Shown one piece after another: positions 37,637 to 46,273 of a DNA stretch of 64,000 nt. The stretch lies in assembly GCA_041661405.1 (NCBI GenBank), contig JBAZUL010000002.1, forward strand, positions 3,715-67,714, read 5' to 3'. The stretch's first letter is position 1, and every line of letters begins with the position of its first letter. The notes under the pieces are model-generated. The model made no database searches and was not told the origin of the DNA. It saw only the letters and a list, made by a program, of their open reading frames with translations. Source of the DNA: Patescibacteria group bacterium. GTDB lineage: Bacteria > Patescibacteriota > Patescibacteriia > Patescibacteriales > JBAZCA01. Both the position numbers and the translations under genes were made by a program.

Positions 37637-38077
37637 ATGAGCAATGATAACATGTCCGCTAAAGGCGGAAATCCGGTCGTGCATTTTGAAATGCCGGCCG
37701 AAGATAAAAAACGCATGGCCGATTTTTATGAAAAAACTTTCGGCTGGAAAACTAAAATGCTCGGCCCGGAAATGGGGGAATATGTCGTCGTTACTACGAC
37801 CGAGACCGATGATAAAGGAATGGTTAAAACGCCCGGGACGATTAACGGCGGGTTTTATGAGAAAACCGCTGATATGGGGGAGATGCATCCGTCCATCGTT
37901 ATCGCGGTGAAAGACATAAAGGCAAGCATGAAAATGGTGGAAGAAGCCGGCGGCAAGGTCTTGGGCGGCCAGTACAAATCCGGAGAGCCGGATGACATTC
38001 CGGGAGTCGGGCTTTATGTTTCTTTCATAGACACCGAAGGCAATCGGGTCGGGATGCTAGAGCCGAAAGGCATGTAA
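37637..38077 (+). CDS. VOC family protein (glyoxalase/bleomycin-resistance fold)
   Basis: 146 aa with paired beta-alpha-beta-beta-beta module pattern (VVHFEMPAEDKKRMADFYEKTFGW ... GVGLYVSFIDTEGNRVGMLEP). Confidence 0.65.
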   Translation: MSNDNMSAKGGNPVVHFEMPAEDKKRMADFYEKTFGWKTKMLGPEMGEYVVVTTTETDDKGMVKTPGTINGGFYEKTADMGEMHPSIVIAVKDIKASMKMVEEAGGKVLGGQYKSGEPDDIPGVGLYVSFIDTEGNRVGMLEPKGM

Positions 38078-38102
38078 GCAATAAATTAGAATAATAAATT
38101 TT

Positions 38103-38345
38103 ATGATGTGGAATAACGGATACAATCCAATGTTCTGGGGAGGGTTTGGACCAATATTTATGATTATATTTTGGATACTGATAATAGCCGGCATAGTTTA
38201 TTTTATCAAATGGTCTTTAGGCCAACCCGGGGATTCGTCCGTCGCGCGGCACGGCCACACTCCGTTAGAGATTTTGAAAGAGCGCTATGCCAAAGGCGAA
38301 ATAAATAAGCAGGAATTTGAAGAGAAGAAAAAAGATTTGGCTTAA
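38103..38345 (+). CDS. SHOCT domain-containing small membrane protein
   Basis: One TM helix, then C-terminal LEILKERYAKGEINKQEFEEKKKDL SHOCT motif. Confidence 0.6.
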   Translation: MMWNNGYNPMFWGGFGPIFMIIFWILIIAGIVYFIKWSLGQPGDSSVARHGHTPLEILKERYAKGEINKQEFEEKKKDLA

Positions 38346-38439
38346 AGGCTTTCCGGCTTGTTTAATCTTAAGTGAGCGCTTGACAACGGAGCCAACGGCT
38401 TCCTGTTTATTGCGTTCAAGAAGGGAATAAGCGCAAAAA

Positions 38440-38468
38440 AATACTGATTATTAGTCAGTATTTTTTGT
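38440..38468. terminator. Intrinsic terminator (A-run, hairpin TACTGA-N7-TCAGTA, T-run)
   Basis: GCGCAAAAAAATACTGATTATTAGTCAGTATTTTTTG. Confidence 0.5.
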
Positions 38469-38481
38469 TGGCAATTCGGGT

Positions 38482-38652
38482 TCAGGCGGGTTTTTCCGTT
38501 TCTTTGCGAATAGCGTGAATATAGTCGTTAAATTCGTTTACCGCCGAGAGGACTTCAATTTTTTTGTCCGCCAGATTCAGCTTTCCGGCTTCAAGAAAAT
38601 ACAAAGCCAGACTGTCAGAAATAATCTGGCAGGTTTGCATGCTTAAACGCAT
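38482..38652 (-). CDS. Small hypothetical protein (56 aa)
   Basis: Minus-strand ORF MRLSMQTCQIISDSLALYFLEAGKLNLADKKIEVLSAVNEFNDYIHAIRKETEKPA. GGTGA lies 7 nt upstream of the ATG. Below the ORF-track length cutoff. Confidence 0.25.
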   Translation of the reverse strand: MRLSMQTCQIISDSLALYFLEAGKLNLADKKIEVLSAVNEFNDYIHAIRKETEKPA

Positions 38653-38983
38653 AATTTTTCACCGATGCTTGCCCGAAGTAAGAGCGTCCTCCCAACTAAA
38701 AGGCCCTCACCAGTTTTAACAGCTCCGAAGAGCCGTTTCCACGCGCAAACGTAAGACCTGATGAGGGCTTTGTAACACGTTTGCGCGCGGATATTAAATT
38801 GTTATTAGTATTTTAACATAATTGCGGCAAAGGGCAAGCGGGCGGGATCAGCTATAGACAAATACCGGGAGTAAGGGTTTAGTTAAGGGTTTAGTTATTG
38901 ACTAATGAAGAGATAAAGAATAAGCTATATGGGTAATATATGAATATACCCAGCAAAACCAGAATAAATACATAATTCAATGG

Positions 38984-39007
38984 CCGGCTTTTTTGCCGGT
39001 TTTTTTT
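38984..39007 (+). terminator. Intrinsic terminator-like hairpin (CCGGC-T6-GCCGG + T8) immediately upstream of the DUF3761 gene
   Basis: Seen directly. It overlaps the 5' end of the long ORF-track call, which is why the gene start is set at 39053. Confidence 0.5.
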
Positions 39008-39052
39008 GTAAATTTAAGGGTTACGTTGCATGCTTGTCGTAACGCAAAAAAC

Positions 39053-39454
39053 ATGAAATTGCGTTACTTTGGTTTATTGTTTAGCGTTTTTTTGCTTACT
39101 GCTTGTACTGAAGCGAGTTTACCTCAAAGCCAGGTTCCAGCAGAGCAGAAACAGGTTGCTCCAGTTGAAGAAAGAGTTGAAGTAAAAGATAAGATCGTTG
39201 CTCCTGAAAAGGTTGAAGTTAAAAAGAAAGTAGAAGGGGTAAAAGTTGAAACAAAAAAAGAAATTCCGGCCGAGGTTCCGCTTTCAAACGATAATACTTA
39301 TATCAATTCCGCCGGCAACGAAGTCCATTCCCCAGCTTTTGCGCCATCAATCCCAGCGGGAGCATCCGCCAAGTGCCGGGACGGAAGTTATAGTTTCAGC
39401 CAATCCAGACGCGGCACTTGCTCGCATCACGGCGGGGTAGCGGAGTGGTATTAA
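39053..39454 (+). CDS. DUF3761-family lipoprotein
   Basis: Signal/lipobox MKLRYFGLLFSVFLLTAC. Lys/Glu/Val-rich linker. C-terminal CRDGSYSFSQSRRGTCSHHGGVAEW Cys motif typical of DUF3761. Confidence 0.5.
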   Translation: MKLRYFGLLFSVFLLTACTEASLPQSQVPAEQKQVAPVEERVEVKDKIVAPEKVEVKKKVEGVKVETKKEIPAEVPLSNDNTYINSAGNEVHSPAFAPSIPAGASAKCRDGSYSFSQSRRGTCSHHGGVAEWY

Positions 39455-39469
39455 ATATAACTAATATAT

Positions 39470-40498
39470 ATGGACAAAATTACTCTAGAAAATGTTTTTG
39501 AAGTAGACGTTCCAAAATTGGCTTTAGATAGTCGTTTTGGAAGCTTAATATTTGAAGATGCAAGCAAAAAACTTTTGAAGTCACAAATCTTATTAAAAGA
39601 AGCAACGGATTTAAATTATATACAACTTTTGCCTCCGGCTGATGTAAAATTAGTTAAGGATTATTTAATTAAATTAACTGAACATTTAGAGTGGCTAAGA
39701 CAATTTGATATCGGTTCTGTTGCTAATGCCAAACAAGAACATGACAATTTCAATGGGCGCGTAGAGAGCTTTTATAATAATATTTATTCTCAAGTTTTTA
39801 TGAGGTTATTGCCGTTTTTACGAGAAGAACGACGGCGAGAAAGGCCTGATCAAAAGCAACTTGATGAAGAAATAACCAAGGTAGTTCAAATTAGAGCTGA
39901 TCTTGAAAATGAGTTAAAAATCATAAAAGAAGAAACCCAAAAAATTAGAACCGCAGATAAAAAGGTGGTTTCGGCAAAAGGTGAGCGGGCTGCGGTGCGC
40001 ATGGCAGTCCATTTTGATGGGGAAGTAGACAGATATGAAGGATTATCCCGACGCTGGTTTATTGGAGTGATTATTGGTTATTTATTTGTACTTGGCGTAT
40101 TAATTTGGCTGGGAGTAGTTACTACTACGTTTGTGAGTAAAATAGTTACAATGCCTGAAATATTTAATAAAAACGCGATATGGAACGCTTTGATTTCAAA
40201 ACTAGTAATTCTCGCCGCCCTTTGGTATGGACTTTCGTTTATAGTAAAAAACTATAACGTTAATTCCCAGCTCGCTGCAGTTAATCGCCATCGAGCAGCG
40301 GTTGCAAAAACTCTTGAAGATTTTGTTGCCGTAGAACAAAAACAAGATAAACCTCGCCTCTCTGAGATCTTGCAAAATGCTACTGATGCAATGTTTAAGC
40401 ATGTATTAATCGGCTTCGTTTCTAAAACCGAGAAGGAAAATAGTAATCCCGTATTACAGATTGTTAATGATCTTATGGGCGTACGCAATCATAATTAA
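39470..40498 (+). CDS. Hypothetical protein with a cytoplasmic N-domain and two adjacent TM helices (AT-rich gene)
   Basis: 342 aa. Two TM helices around aa 200-260 (WFIGVIIGYLFVLGVLIWLGVV / LISKLVILAALWYGLSFIV). No catalytic motifs. Confidence 0.3.
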   Translation: MDKITLENVFEVDVPKLALDSRFGSLIFEDASKKLLKSQILLKEATDLNYIQLLPPADVKLVKDYLIKLTEHLEWLRQFDIGSVANAKQEHDNFNGRVESFYNNIYSQVFMRLLPFLREERRRERPDQKQLDEEITKVVQIRADLENELKIIKEETQKIRTADKKVVSAKGERAAVRMAVHFDGEVDRYEGLSRRWFIGVIIGYLFVLGVLIWLGVVTTTFVSKIVTMPEIFNKNAIWNALISKLVILAALWYGLSFIVKNYNVNSQLAAVNRHRAAVAKTLEDFVAVEQKQDKPRLSEILQNATDAMFKHVLIGFVSKTEKENSNPVLQIVNDLMGVRNHN

Positions 40499-40595
40499 TT
40501 AAAGTTTTGAGAGCGGAAAAAAGTTATGCAAAAAAGAATACGAAATTTTACTTCCTCTCAATTCTCAGTTCATAAAATTTCCGGTAAGTAAAATT

Positions 40596-40835
40596 ATGTA
40601 CTACCTCTATATCCTCCAATGTTCGGATAAAACTTTATATACCGGGATTACGACCGATCTCAACCGGAGAATAGGGGAGCATAACAGCGGAAGTAGAGGG
40701 GCCAAATATACGAGAGCCCGGCGGCCGGTTAAGCTCGTATATTCCCGGAAGTTTAAAAGCCGGGCGTTGGCGCAGGCGGCCGAATACAGGATAAAGAAAC
40801 TATCCCGGGCGGAAAAAATGGCAATGATAAAGTAA
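40596..40835 (+). CDS. GIY-YIG nuclease-domain protein (UPF0213/YhbQ-like)
   Basis: MYYLYILQCSDKTLYTGITTDLNRRIGEHN is the canonical GIY-x10-YIG plus R...E arrangement. 79 aa. Confidence 0.7.
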   Translation: MYYLYILQCSDKTLYTGITTDLNRRIGEHNSGSRGAKYTRARRPVKLVYSRKFKSRALAQAAEYRIKKLSRAEKMAMIK

Positions 40836-40880
40836 AGTTATGATTCGCTCGCCAGCTCCATTTTAAATATTCTCCAAAAA

Positions 40881-41717
40881 ATGCTAAAATATAGTAAAAT
40901 GAAAATAGAATTTAAAAATATTGATAAGTTGACTGACAACGTGGCAGTTGGAGCAATAATAGATTTGTCCGGCGTGGATTTTATGGATCCGTGGGCGGTA
41001 GTTTGGGTCTGTTTGAAACTGGTTAATAATCACGGTCTTGAGGATAAGGCGGTAAAACTGCCGGTTAATAACGATCTATTGTGTTATTTAAAAAGAATAC
41101 ATTTTGGCAGTTTTTTGTCCGAATTGGGATACGCGGAAGAGTCAGGGCGGTTAAAGAATTTGATAATGCCGGAAAGGGAAAACATAAATGTTCAGGAATT
41201 GGTACACTGTAATTATAGGGATGAGTTTGACGGAAGACTGGGAAGATTTATTCAGATGTTTGGGAATTTTGGATTAAATTCCGGCGATGCCACCTTGGCA
41301 GCCACTTTAGTGGGCGAACTAGGCAATAATTCCTTTGACCATAATTTGGGCAGCTGGCCGACCGATATCAGCGGCAACATAATAATTGCGCAAAATTACC
41401 CCAAACTAAAAAAAATTCAAATTGTCGTAGGCGATCCGGGCGTTGGCTTTTTGGGGTCAATGAGGCCGGCTTTTCCGGAACTTAGCTCGGATTTAGAAGC
41501 CATAGAAAAGGGCTTAAGCGGTTTCACCGGCCGAATTGATGAAAGAAGGGGCAACGGGTTGCGGCTTATTCAGGAGTGGACAATCAAAAATTTTTATGGC
41601 ACACTATCTATCCAGTCCGGAACAGGCTTAATTAACGTAAGCGCGAAAGGAATGAAAAAGACGGAAGTAAAGCCGATTTTAGGCACAATGGCTCAATTAA
41701 TGATAGAATATAGGTAA
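40881..41717 (+). CDS. STAS-like N-domain fused to a GHKL (histidine-kinase-like/RsbW-like) ATPase
   Basis: N-terminal IDLSGVDFMDPWAVVWVCLKL resembles the STAS LDLSGVxFxDSSG motif. GHKL N-box GELGNNSFDH. G1 box IVVGDPGVGF. G2 box GNGLRL. Confidence 0.5.
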   Translation: MLKYSKMKIEFKNIDKLTDNVAVGAIIDLSGVDFMDPWAVVWVCLKLVNNHGLEDKAVKLPVNNDLLCYLKRIHFGSFLSELGYAEESGRLKNLIMPERENINVQELVHCNYRDEFDGRLGRFIQMFGNFGLNSGDATLAATLVGELGNNSFDHNLGSWPTDISGNIIIAQNYPKLKKIQIVVGDPGVGFLGSMRPAFPELSSDLEAIEKGLSGFTGRIDERRGNGLRLIQEWTIKNFYGTLSIQSGTGLINVSAKGMKKTEVKPILGTMAQLMIEYR

Positions 41718-41722
41718 CAAAT

Positions 41723-41992
41723 ATGACTATTCAAATGATAAAATTCGGAGAGATTCTAAACAGCAGAACTGCCGCCCGGGAGGCGGTTTTACGCGTTAAA
41801 CAAATAGTAAATGGTTCGCCGGAAGATATAATTTTAGATTTTTCCAAAGTTACGCTTTTAACGCCGTCTTTCGCTGATGAAATTATAAAAGGCATTAAAG
41901 AATATTATCCCGATAAAAAAATCACTTACAGCGGCACTGAACACAATGAAGCATTGGTTAGCACTCTAAAAGGAATTGGAGCAATCTATTGA
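41723..41992 (+). CDS. STAS-like domain protein (DUF4325-type)
   Basis: 89 aa. ILDFSKVTLLTPSFADEI pattern typical of DUF4325/STAS. Gene is 5 bp downstream of the GHKL gene. Confidence 0.5.
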   Translation: MTIQMIKFGEILNSRTAAREAVLRVKQIVNGSPEDIILDFSKVTLLTPSFADEIIKGIKEYYPDKKITYSGTEHNEALVSTLKGIGAIY

Positions 41993-42224
41993 AAGGACAG
42001 TGTGTGTATTTGACAAAAAAATAAATTTGTGCTATTGTTAGGCCTTAATTATACGCCGTGCTTTAAACGGTTAAACACCCCATAAATAAGGGGCTCTCCT
42101 TTAAAAAGGGGGTAGCCCGGCATACGCCGGGTAGAGACTCGGACTTGTTTTGTCATTAGGATTTCCATCTGCTGGTGGTATTGGTGACTTACTAAAGGTA
42201 CTCGGGTCACCAATAATTCTAAAT

Positions 42225-43829
42225 ATGATAAAAACACAAACAGAAGCTTTGAGCTTCTCGGGTCTTGGCATAGCGCCGAGGCTTTTAGACATTTTAACGC
42301 AGTTAAATTATACCACTCCGACGCCGATCCAGGTGCAATCCATTCCGACGAGCCTTGAAGGGAAAGATTTAGTCGGCATCGCCCAGACCGGAACCGGGAA
42401 AACTTTGGCTTTCGGCATTCCGATGCTGCAGCTTTTAGCTACTAACAAAGGCAAAGGACTCGTAGTTTTACCGACCCGGGAACTGGCTTTGCAGGTGGAT
42501 GAAAGCCTTCGGGTTATCGGTAATAAAATCGGTTTGCGGACCGCGGTTTTAATCGGCGGAGAAGCCATGGGTCGGCAGTTATTCGCTTTAAGGCGCAACC
42601 CGCACATTATCGTCGCGACGCCAGGACGGCTCGCTGATCACGCCAAGCGGGGAACGGTTAAATTGAATGACGTGAAAATTTTAGTTTTGGACGAAGCGGA
42701 CATGATGCTGGATATGGGATTTTTGCCGCAGATCAAGGAAATTTTAAAACTCGTGCCTAAGAACAGGCAAACCATGCTTTTTTCCGCTACCATGCCGAAC
42801 CAGATCATGAAAATCGCCGCCGAATACATGGCTCTGCCGATTCGGATTGAAGTGGCGCCGGCCGGGACAGCCGCGGAAAACGTGGAACATGAAATTATCG
42901 TCATTGACCGGGATTCAAAATTCCCGCAATTAAAAAAAATACTGGAAGAAACCAAAGGCTCGGTTTTGATGTTCTGCCGGACCAAGCATAGCGTAAAAAA
43001 TTTAACCCAGAAAATCCGCTTGGCCGGATTCAGCGCGACGGAAATCCATTCCAACCGTTCCTTAGTCCAACGGCGGGCGGCCTTAAACGGCTTTAAGCTC
43101 GGGCAATTCCGGGTATTGGTGGCGACTGATATAGCGGCTCGGGGAATTGATGTTAAAGGTATTGAGCTGGTTATAAACTATGACCTGCCGGAGAATTCGG
43201 AAGACTACGTCCATCGCATCGGCCGGACCGGGCGGGCGGGTCAAAGCGGCAAAGCGATTTCTTTTGCCTTGCCAAGCCAGATGCGGGATATCCGGGCGAT
43301 TGAAAGATTAATTAAAAAGACTTTGAATATTACCAGGCCGAATGGGGAAGCTCTTGATCCGGCCAGCATGAAGCAGGCTTTTGCCCGAGCCACTTTAGAA
43401 AAGTATGTAGAAGGAAAAGCCCGGAGAACAGGCAGGGGCGGCGCCCGGCCGGCGAGATTCGCGGAGAGAAATGTCGGCGGCGTAAAGCACAGGATAGATT
43501 CGCATACCAATTCAAGGATGTATCATAGCCCGAAAAAAGAGGCAGGCGGGCAAAAGCCTTACGAGGAGCAGGGAAAACGGGTAAAAAGTTATAGCAGGCC
43601 GGGTTCAAGTTTCGGGTCTAAACCTGGTAATAATTTTGGTAGTAAGTTTGCCAAGCCGGGAGGCAAGCCGGGCGGATTTGGCCGGCGGTTTAATGACAGC
43701 GATAATGTTACCAATTCTTATAGCGACGTGGAAAATTCGCCGGATCGCTATAATCCGCATAATCGTCCGAAGAGAAAACCCGCCAGCCGCGGTTTCAGCA
43801 AATGGGGAATGAGAAAGAAAAAATACTAA
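42225..43829 (+). CDS. DEAD-box ATP-dependent RNA helicase with Arg/Gly-rich C-terminal tail
   Basis: Q-motif TPTPIQ. Motif I AQTGTGKT. PTRELA. DEAD (VLDEADMMLDMGF). SAT. HRIGRTGRAG. Start placed at MIKTQTEALSFSGLG; the ORF extends to TTG at 42150. Confidence 0.85.
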   Translation: MIKTQTEALSFSGLGIAPRLLDILTQLNYTTPTPIQVQSIPTSLEGKDLVGIAQTGTGKTLAFGIPMLQLLATNKGKGLVVLPTRELALQVDESLRVIGNKIGLRTAVLIGGEAMGRQLFALRRNPHIIVATPGRLADHAKRGTVKLNDVKILVLDEADMMLDMGFLPQIKEILKLVPKNRQTMLFSATMPNQIMKIAAEYMALPIRIEVAPAGTAAENVEHEIIVIDRDSKFPQLKKILEETKGSVLMFCRTKHSVKNLTQKIRLAGFSATEIHSNRSLVQRRAALNGFKLGQFRVLVATDIAARGIDVKGIELVINYDLPENSEDYVHRIGRTGRAGQSGKAISFALPSQMRDIRAIERLIKKTLNITRPNGEALDPASMKQAFARATLEKYVEGKARRTGRGGARPARFAERNVGGVKHRIDSHTNSRMYHSPKKEAGGQKPYEEQGKRVKSYSRPGSSFGSKPGNNFGSKFAKPGGKPGGFGRRFNDSDNVTNSYSDVENSPDRYNPHNRPKRKPASRGFSKWGMRKKKY

Positions 43830-43846
43830 AAATTGAGCCAAAATAA

Positions 43847-43877
43847 AACATCCCGCCTCTTTGGCGGGATGTTTTTA
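43847..43877. terminator. Bidirectional intrinsic terminator between the helicase and cold-shock genes
   Basis: AAAACATCCCGCCTCTTTGGCGGGATGTTTTT. Confidence 0.65.
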
Positions 43878-43894
43878 TGTGATGCAAAAAAGTG

Positions 43895-44089
43895 TTAAAC
43901 TTTTTGTACATTGACGGCGGCGTTGCCTTTCGGAGTTTTTTCAATCTCGAAAGTAACCGCGTCGCCTTCCCGGAGCTGGTTGAATTCAACACCGGACAAG
44001 TTGTTGGCGTGGAAGAATAAATCGTCTCCGCCATCCTGAGCGATAAAACCGAAGTTTTTATCAGTCAGTTTTTTGATAGTTCCTTGCAT
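43895..44089 (-). CDS. cspA: Cold-shock protein (CspA family)
   Basis: MQGTIKKLTDKNFGFIAQDGGDDLFFHANNL with RNP1/RNP2 motifs (GFGFI, LFFH). Followed upstream by a long 5' UTR (44090-44400), as usual for csp genes. Confidence 0.9.
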   Translation of the reverse strand: MQGTIKKLTDKNFGFIAQDGGDDLFFHANNLSGVEFNQLREGDAVTFEIEKTPKGNAAVNVQKV

Positions 44090-44443
44090 GTGAATGTAAA
44101 GATAGAGTTTATTAATCAAATACTATGAAGTAGAAATTCGACTTTATCTCTACACTCAAAATATTCGTCACCCCGGGTCGCTTTGGGCGGTTTGCGGGGC
44201 GGATAGTAATTAAACTAACTCTTTGAGACTAACACAAAGAAAAATTTTTGTCAATTGACTTTTCCAGCATTTAGAGTATACTTCCAGTATTAGTGAGTAG
44301 CGGGAAAAATGGTTGCTATTTGGGATTCCCGGAGAATTTTATCAGAAAAGGCTAGCAGGCAACTCATGTTATTCGGGTTGCTTTTTTATTTATAATGGCG
44401 GGATGGCAGTAAAAGGGTTTTTATCGCCCTCCCAAACGAATAT

Positions 44444-44662
44444 ATGATTACAAAAGAAGAATTCTTAAATGAACATAACAAACTATCGCCAATAAATTTA
44501 AAGGCTACGATGGATATGCTTACCCGTTTCAGAGAAGAAAAACCGGCCCTTTTTAAGGGCAAAGACTGGCCGATTGATAAAATCCGGCGGCCGTTTATTT
44601 TCTGGCTTACCTCGCTTTCCAGGGTGAAAAAAGAAGAAATATACAACTGCGGGAAAAAATAA
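44444..44662 (+). CDS. Small hypothetical protein (72 aa)
   Basis: ORF only. Followed by a terminator. Confidence 0.3.
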   Translation: MITKEEFLNEHNKLSPINLKATMDMLTRFREEKPALFKGKDWPIDKIRRPFIFWLTSLSRVKKEEIYNCGKK

Positions 44663-44716
44663 GAAAGTTTCGTTTGTTTCGGAGTTGGCTTGGCCTGATA
44701 AACAATTTTAACCGCT

Positions 44717-44744
44717 AAATCCCCTAATCGGGGATTTTTTGTTT
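44717..44744 (+). terminator. Intrinsic terminator (ATCCCC-TAATC-GGGGAT + T-run)
   Basis: AAATCCCCTAATCGGGGATTTTTTGTTTT. Confidence 0.6.
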
Positions 44745-44786
44745 TCCCGGACTGGAAACCTGAATTAATCGTGCTACAATTGGAGT

Positions 44787-45926
44787 ATGGAAAAATATCC
44801 CAAACACCTGATTATAATTTCCGCCTTGCTGGCTTTGGCCGGCGTTTTGGCGGTTTTAGTATTTTACCAATTCCCGGGAGGCGGCCGTTCGGAAAGTCCG
44901 GAAAGGAAACAAGCTGAACTCAGTACTGCCGGCGGGGACGGAGAGGAGCCGCAAATTGCCGAAGAAGTTGACAAAGCCGTTGAAGAAGAATTGCCGGAAA
45001 AGGCGAGCCTGGTTTTTGTTGGCGATATCATGCTTGATAGAAATGTTTACCTTAAAGCTAGGGCTAAGGGCGATTACGGTTTTGCTTTTAAAAAAGCCGG
45101 GTCGATTTTTTCCGGAGCGGATTTTCCCATTGCCAACCTTGAAGGGCCGATAACGGACAATAAGTCCGTCAGTCTGGAAAAAGACCGGATGGTTTTTACT
45201 TTTTCGCCCGAATACCTGCCGGTTTTAAAAAAATATTTCAGCGCTTTCAGCCTGGCCAATAACCATACCCTGAACTTCGGGCAAAAAGGGCTCGCGACCA
45301 GCCGCCAATATCTAGAGGAGTCAGGGATGGAATATTTTGGTGATCCGAGTAATGACGAAGAAAACCTCTCTACTGTAATTGAAAAAAACGGCTTTAAAAT
45401 CGGGCTGGCGGGCTATCACAGCCTCTACCGCGACGAGCCGGAAAAAATTGTCAGGGAAATTGAAAAACTCAGGCCGAATTGCGACCTGGTCGTTATCTTT
45501 CCTCACTGGGGCATAGAGTACGCGAGAAAGCCTTCTAAGACTCAGGCGAATGACGCGCGCAAATTTATTGACGCCGGGGCGGATTTAATTATCGGTACGC
45601 ACCCGCACGTAATTCAGACGGTTGAAGTTTACAAAGGCAAGTATGTTTTTTACAGCCTGGGAAATTTTATTTTTGACCAGTATTTTTCCAAAGAAACCAT
45701 GGAGGGCCTCGCGATCAGACTGGATCTCATAAGAACGGGCGGGGAGCTAAAAATGTACTATCGGATCCTTCCTGTCACTATCAGTAAGGAAAGTCAGGCG
45801 GAATTGGCCGGCGAAGAAAGGAGAAGGGAAACTTTAGACTGGCTGGCGGCTAATTCGGAAGTAAGCGAAACAGTCAGGGAGGAAATAAAAACCGGCGCGC
45901 TCAAAGGGGAGCTTTCGGTTAATTGA
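44787..45926 (+). CDS. CapA/PGA_cap family metallophosphatase-fold protein
   Basis: N-terminal TM anchor. Motifs VFVGDIMLDR, ANLEGPIT, LANNHTLNFG, HWGIEY, GADLIIGTHPHVIQ. Confidence 0.7.
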   Translation: MEKYPKHLIIISALLALAGVLAVLVFYQFPGGGRSESPERKQAELSTAGGDGEEPQIAEEVDKAVEEELPEKASLVFVGDIMLDRNVYLKARAKGDYGFAFKKAGSIFSGADFPIANLEGPITDNKSVSLEKDRMVFTFSPEYLPVLKKYFSAFSLANNHTLNFGQKGLATSRQYLEESGMEYFGDPSNDEENLSTVIEKNGFKIGLAGYHSLYRDEPEKIVREIEKLRPNCDLVVIFPHWGIEYARKPSKTQANDARKFIDAGADLIIGTHPHVIQTVEVYKGKYVFYSLGNFIFDQYFSKETMEGLAIRLDLIRTGGELKMYYRILPVTISKESQAELAGEERRRETLDWLAANSEVSETVREEIKTGALKGELSVN

Positions 45927-46170
45927 TTAAATCTCGTCTTCGCGGCTGAATGGTTTTTAGTTTTTCGCGAAGCCCCATTTTCTCGCGCCTCTGGCAGAGA
46001 TAAAAAGAAAAGCGAAAAAGTAGAGAAGCGCCAGTTCGCCCTGATTAACGATAGGGAGGAAGTTGAGCGGAAGATGCGCGCTAATATAAGCGTAAGCTAT
46101 CTCTATCGCGGCAATCGCGGCGAGAGCGCGGGTATGGCTTCTATCGGAGCCGCCAATATGAATAAAAATA

Positions 46171-46208
46171 AAGAGCGACTGCTTTTTTAAGAGTCGCTCT
46201 TTTTCCTT
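46171..46208. terminator. Bidirectional terminator hairpin (AAGAGCGACT-N11-AGTCGCTCTT flanked by A- and T-runs)
   Basis: Seen directly, downstream of prs on the minus strand. Confidence 0.45.
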
Positions 46209-46273
46209 TTAGTCCTCACCCCAACCCCTCTCCATTAACCGATGTTTATAGAGAGGGGTGCTAAAGAATGAGT

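Noticed and set aside
38730-38790. CUGAUGA in a hairpin loop, suggesting a hammerhead ribozyme or fluoride riboswitch
   Set aside because: There is no GAAA or three-stem hammerhead core. The GGCGAUGG / CCUAC elements of the fluoride riboswitch are absent. The downstream gene is a lipoprotein, not crcB.
38650-38960. Possible RNase P RNA / SRP RNA / tmRNA in the long non-coding stretch
   Set aside because: Fragments resembling GUAAGAGCG, GCAAGCGGG and GUAAGGGU are present but in the wrong order for RNase P RNA. The SRP domain IV GGAAGCAGCC motif and the tmRNA tRNA-like ends are absent.
44150-44180. ACCCCGGG segment resembling the tRNA-Asn 3' end, as a possible island att repeat
   Set aside because: Only 8 to 10 nt match and it lies 18 kb away in the cspA leader. 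This is consistent with chance.
45950-46180. Hydrophobic minus-strand ORF between the CapA and prs genes
   Set aside because: The open frame has no ATG/GTG/TTG start before it is closed upstream by a stop. It is probably non-coding.
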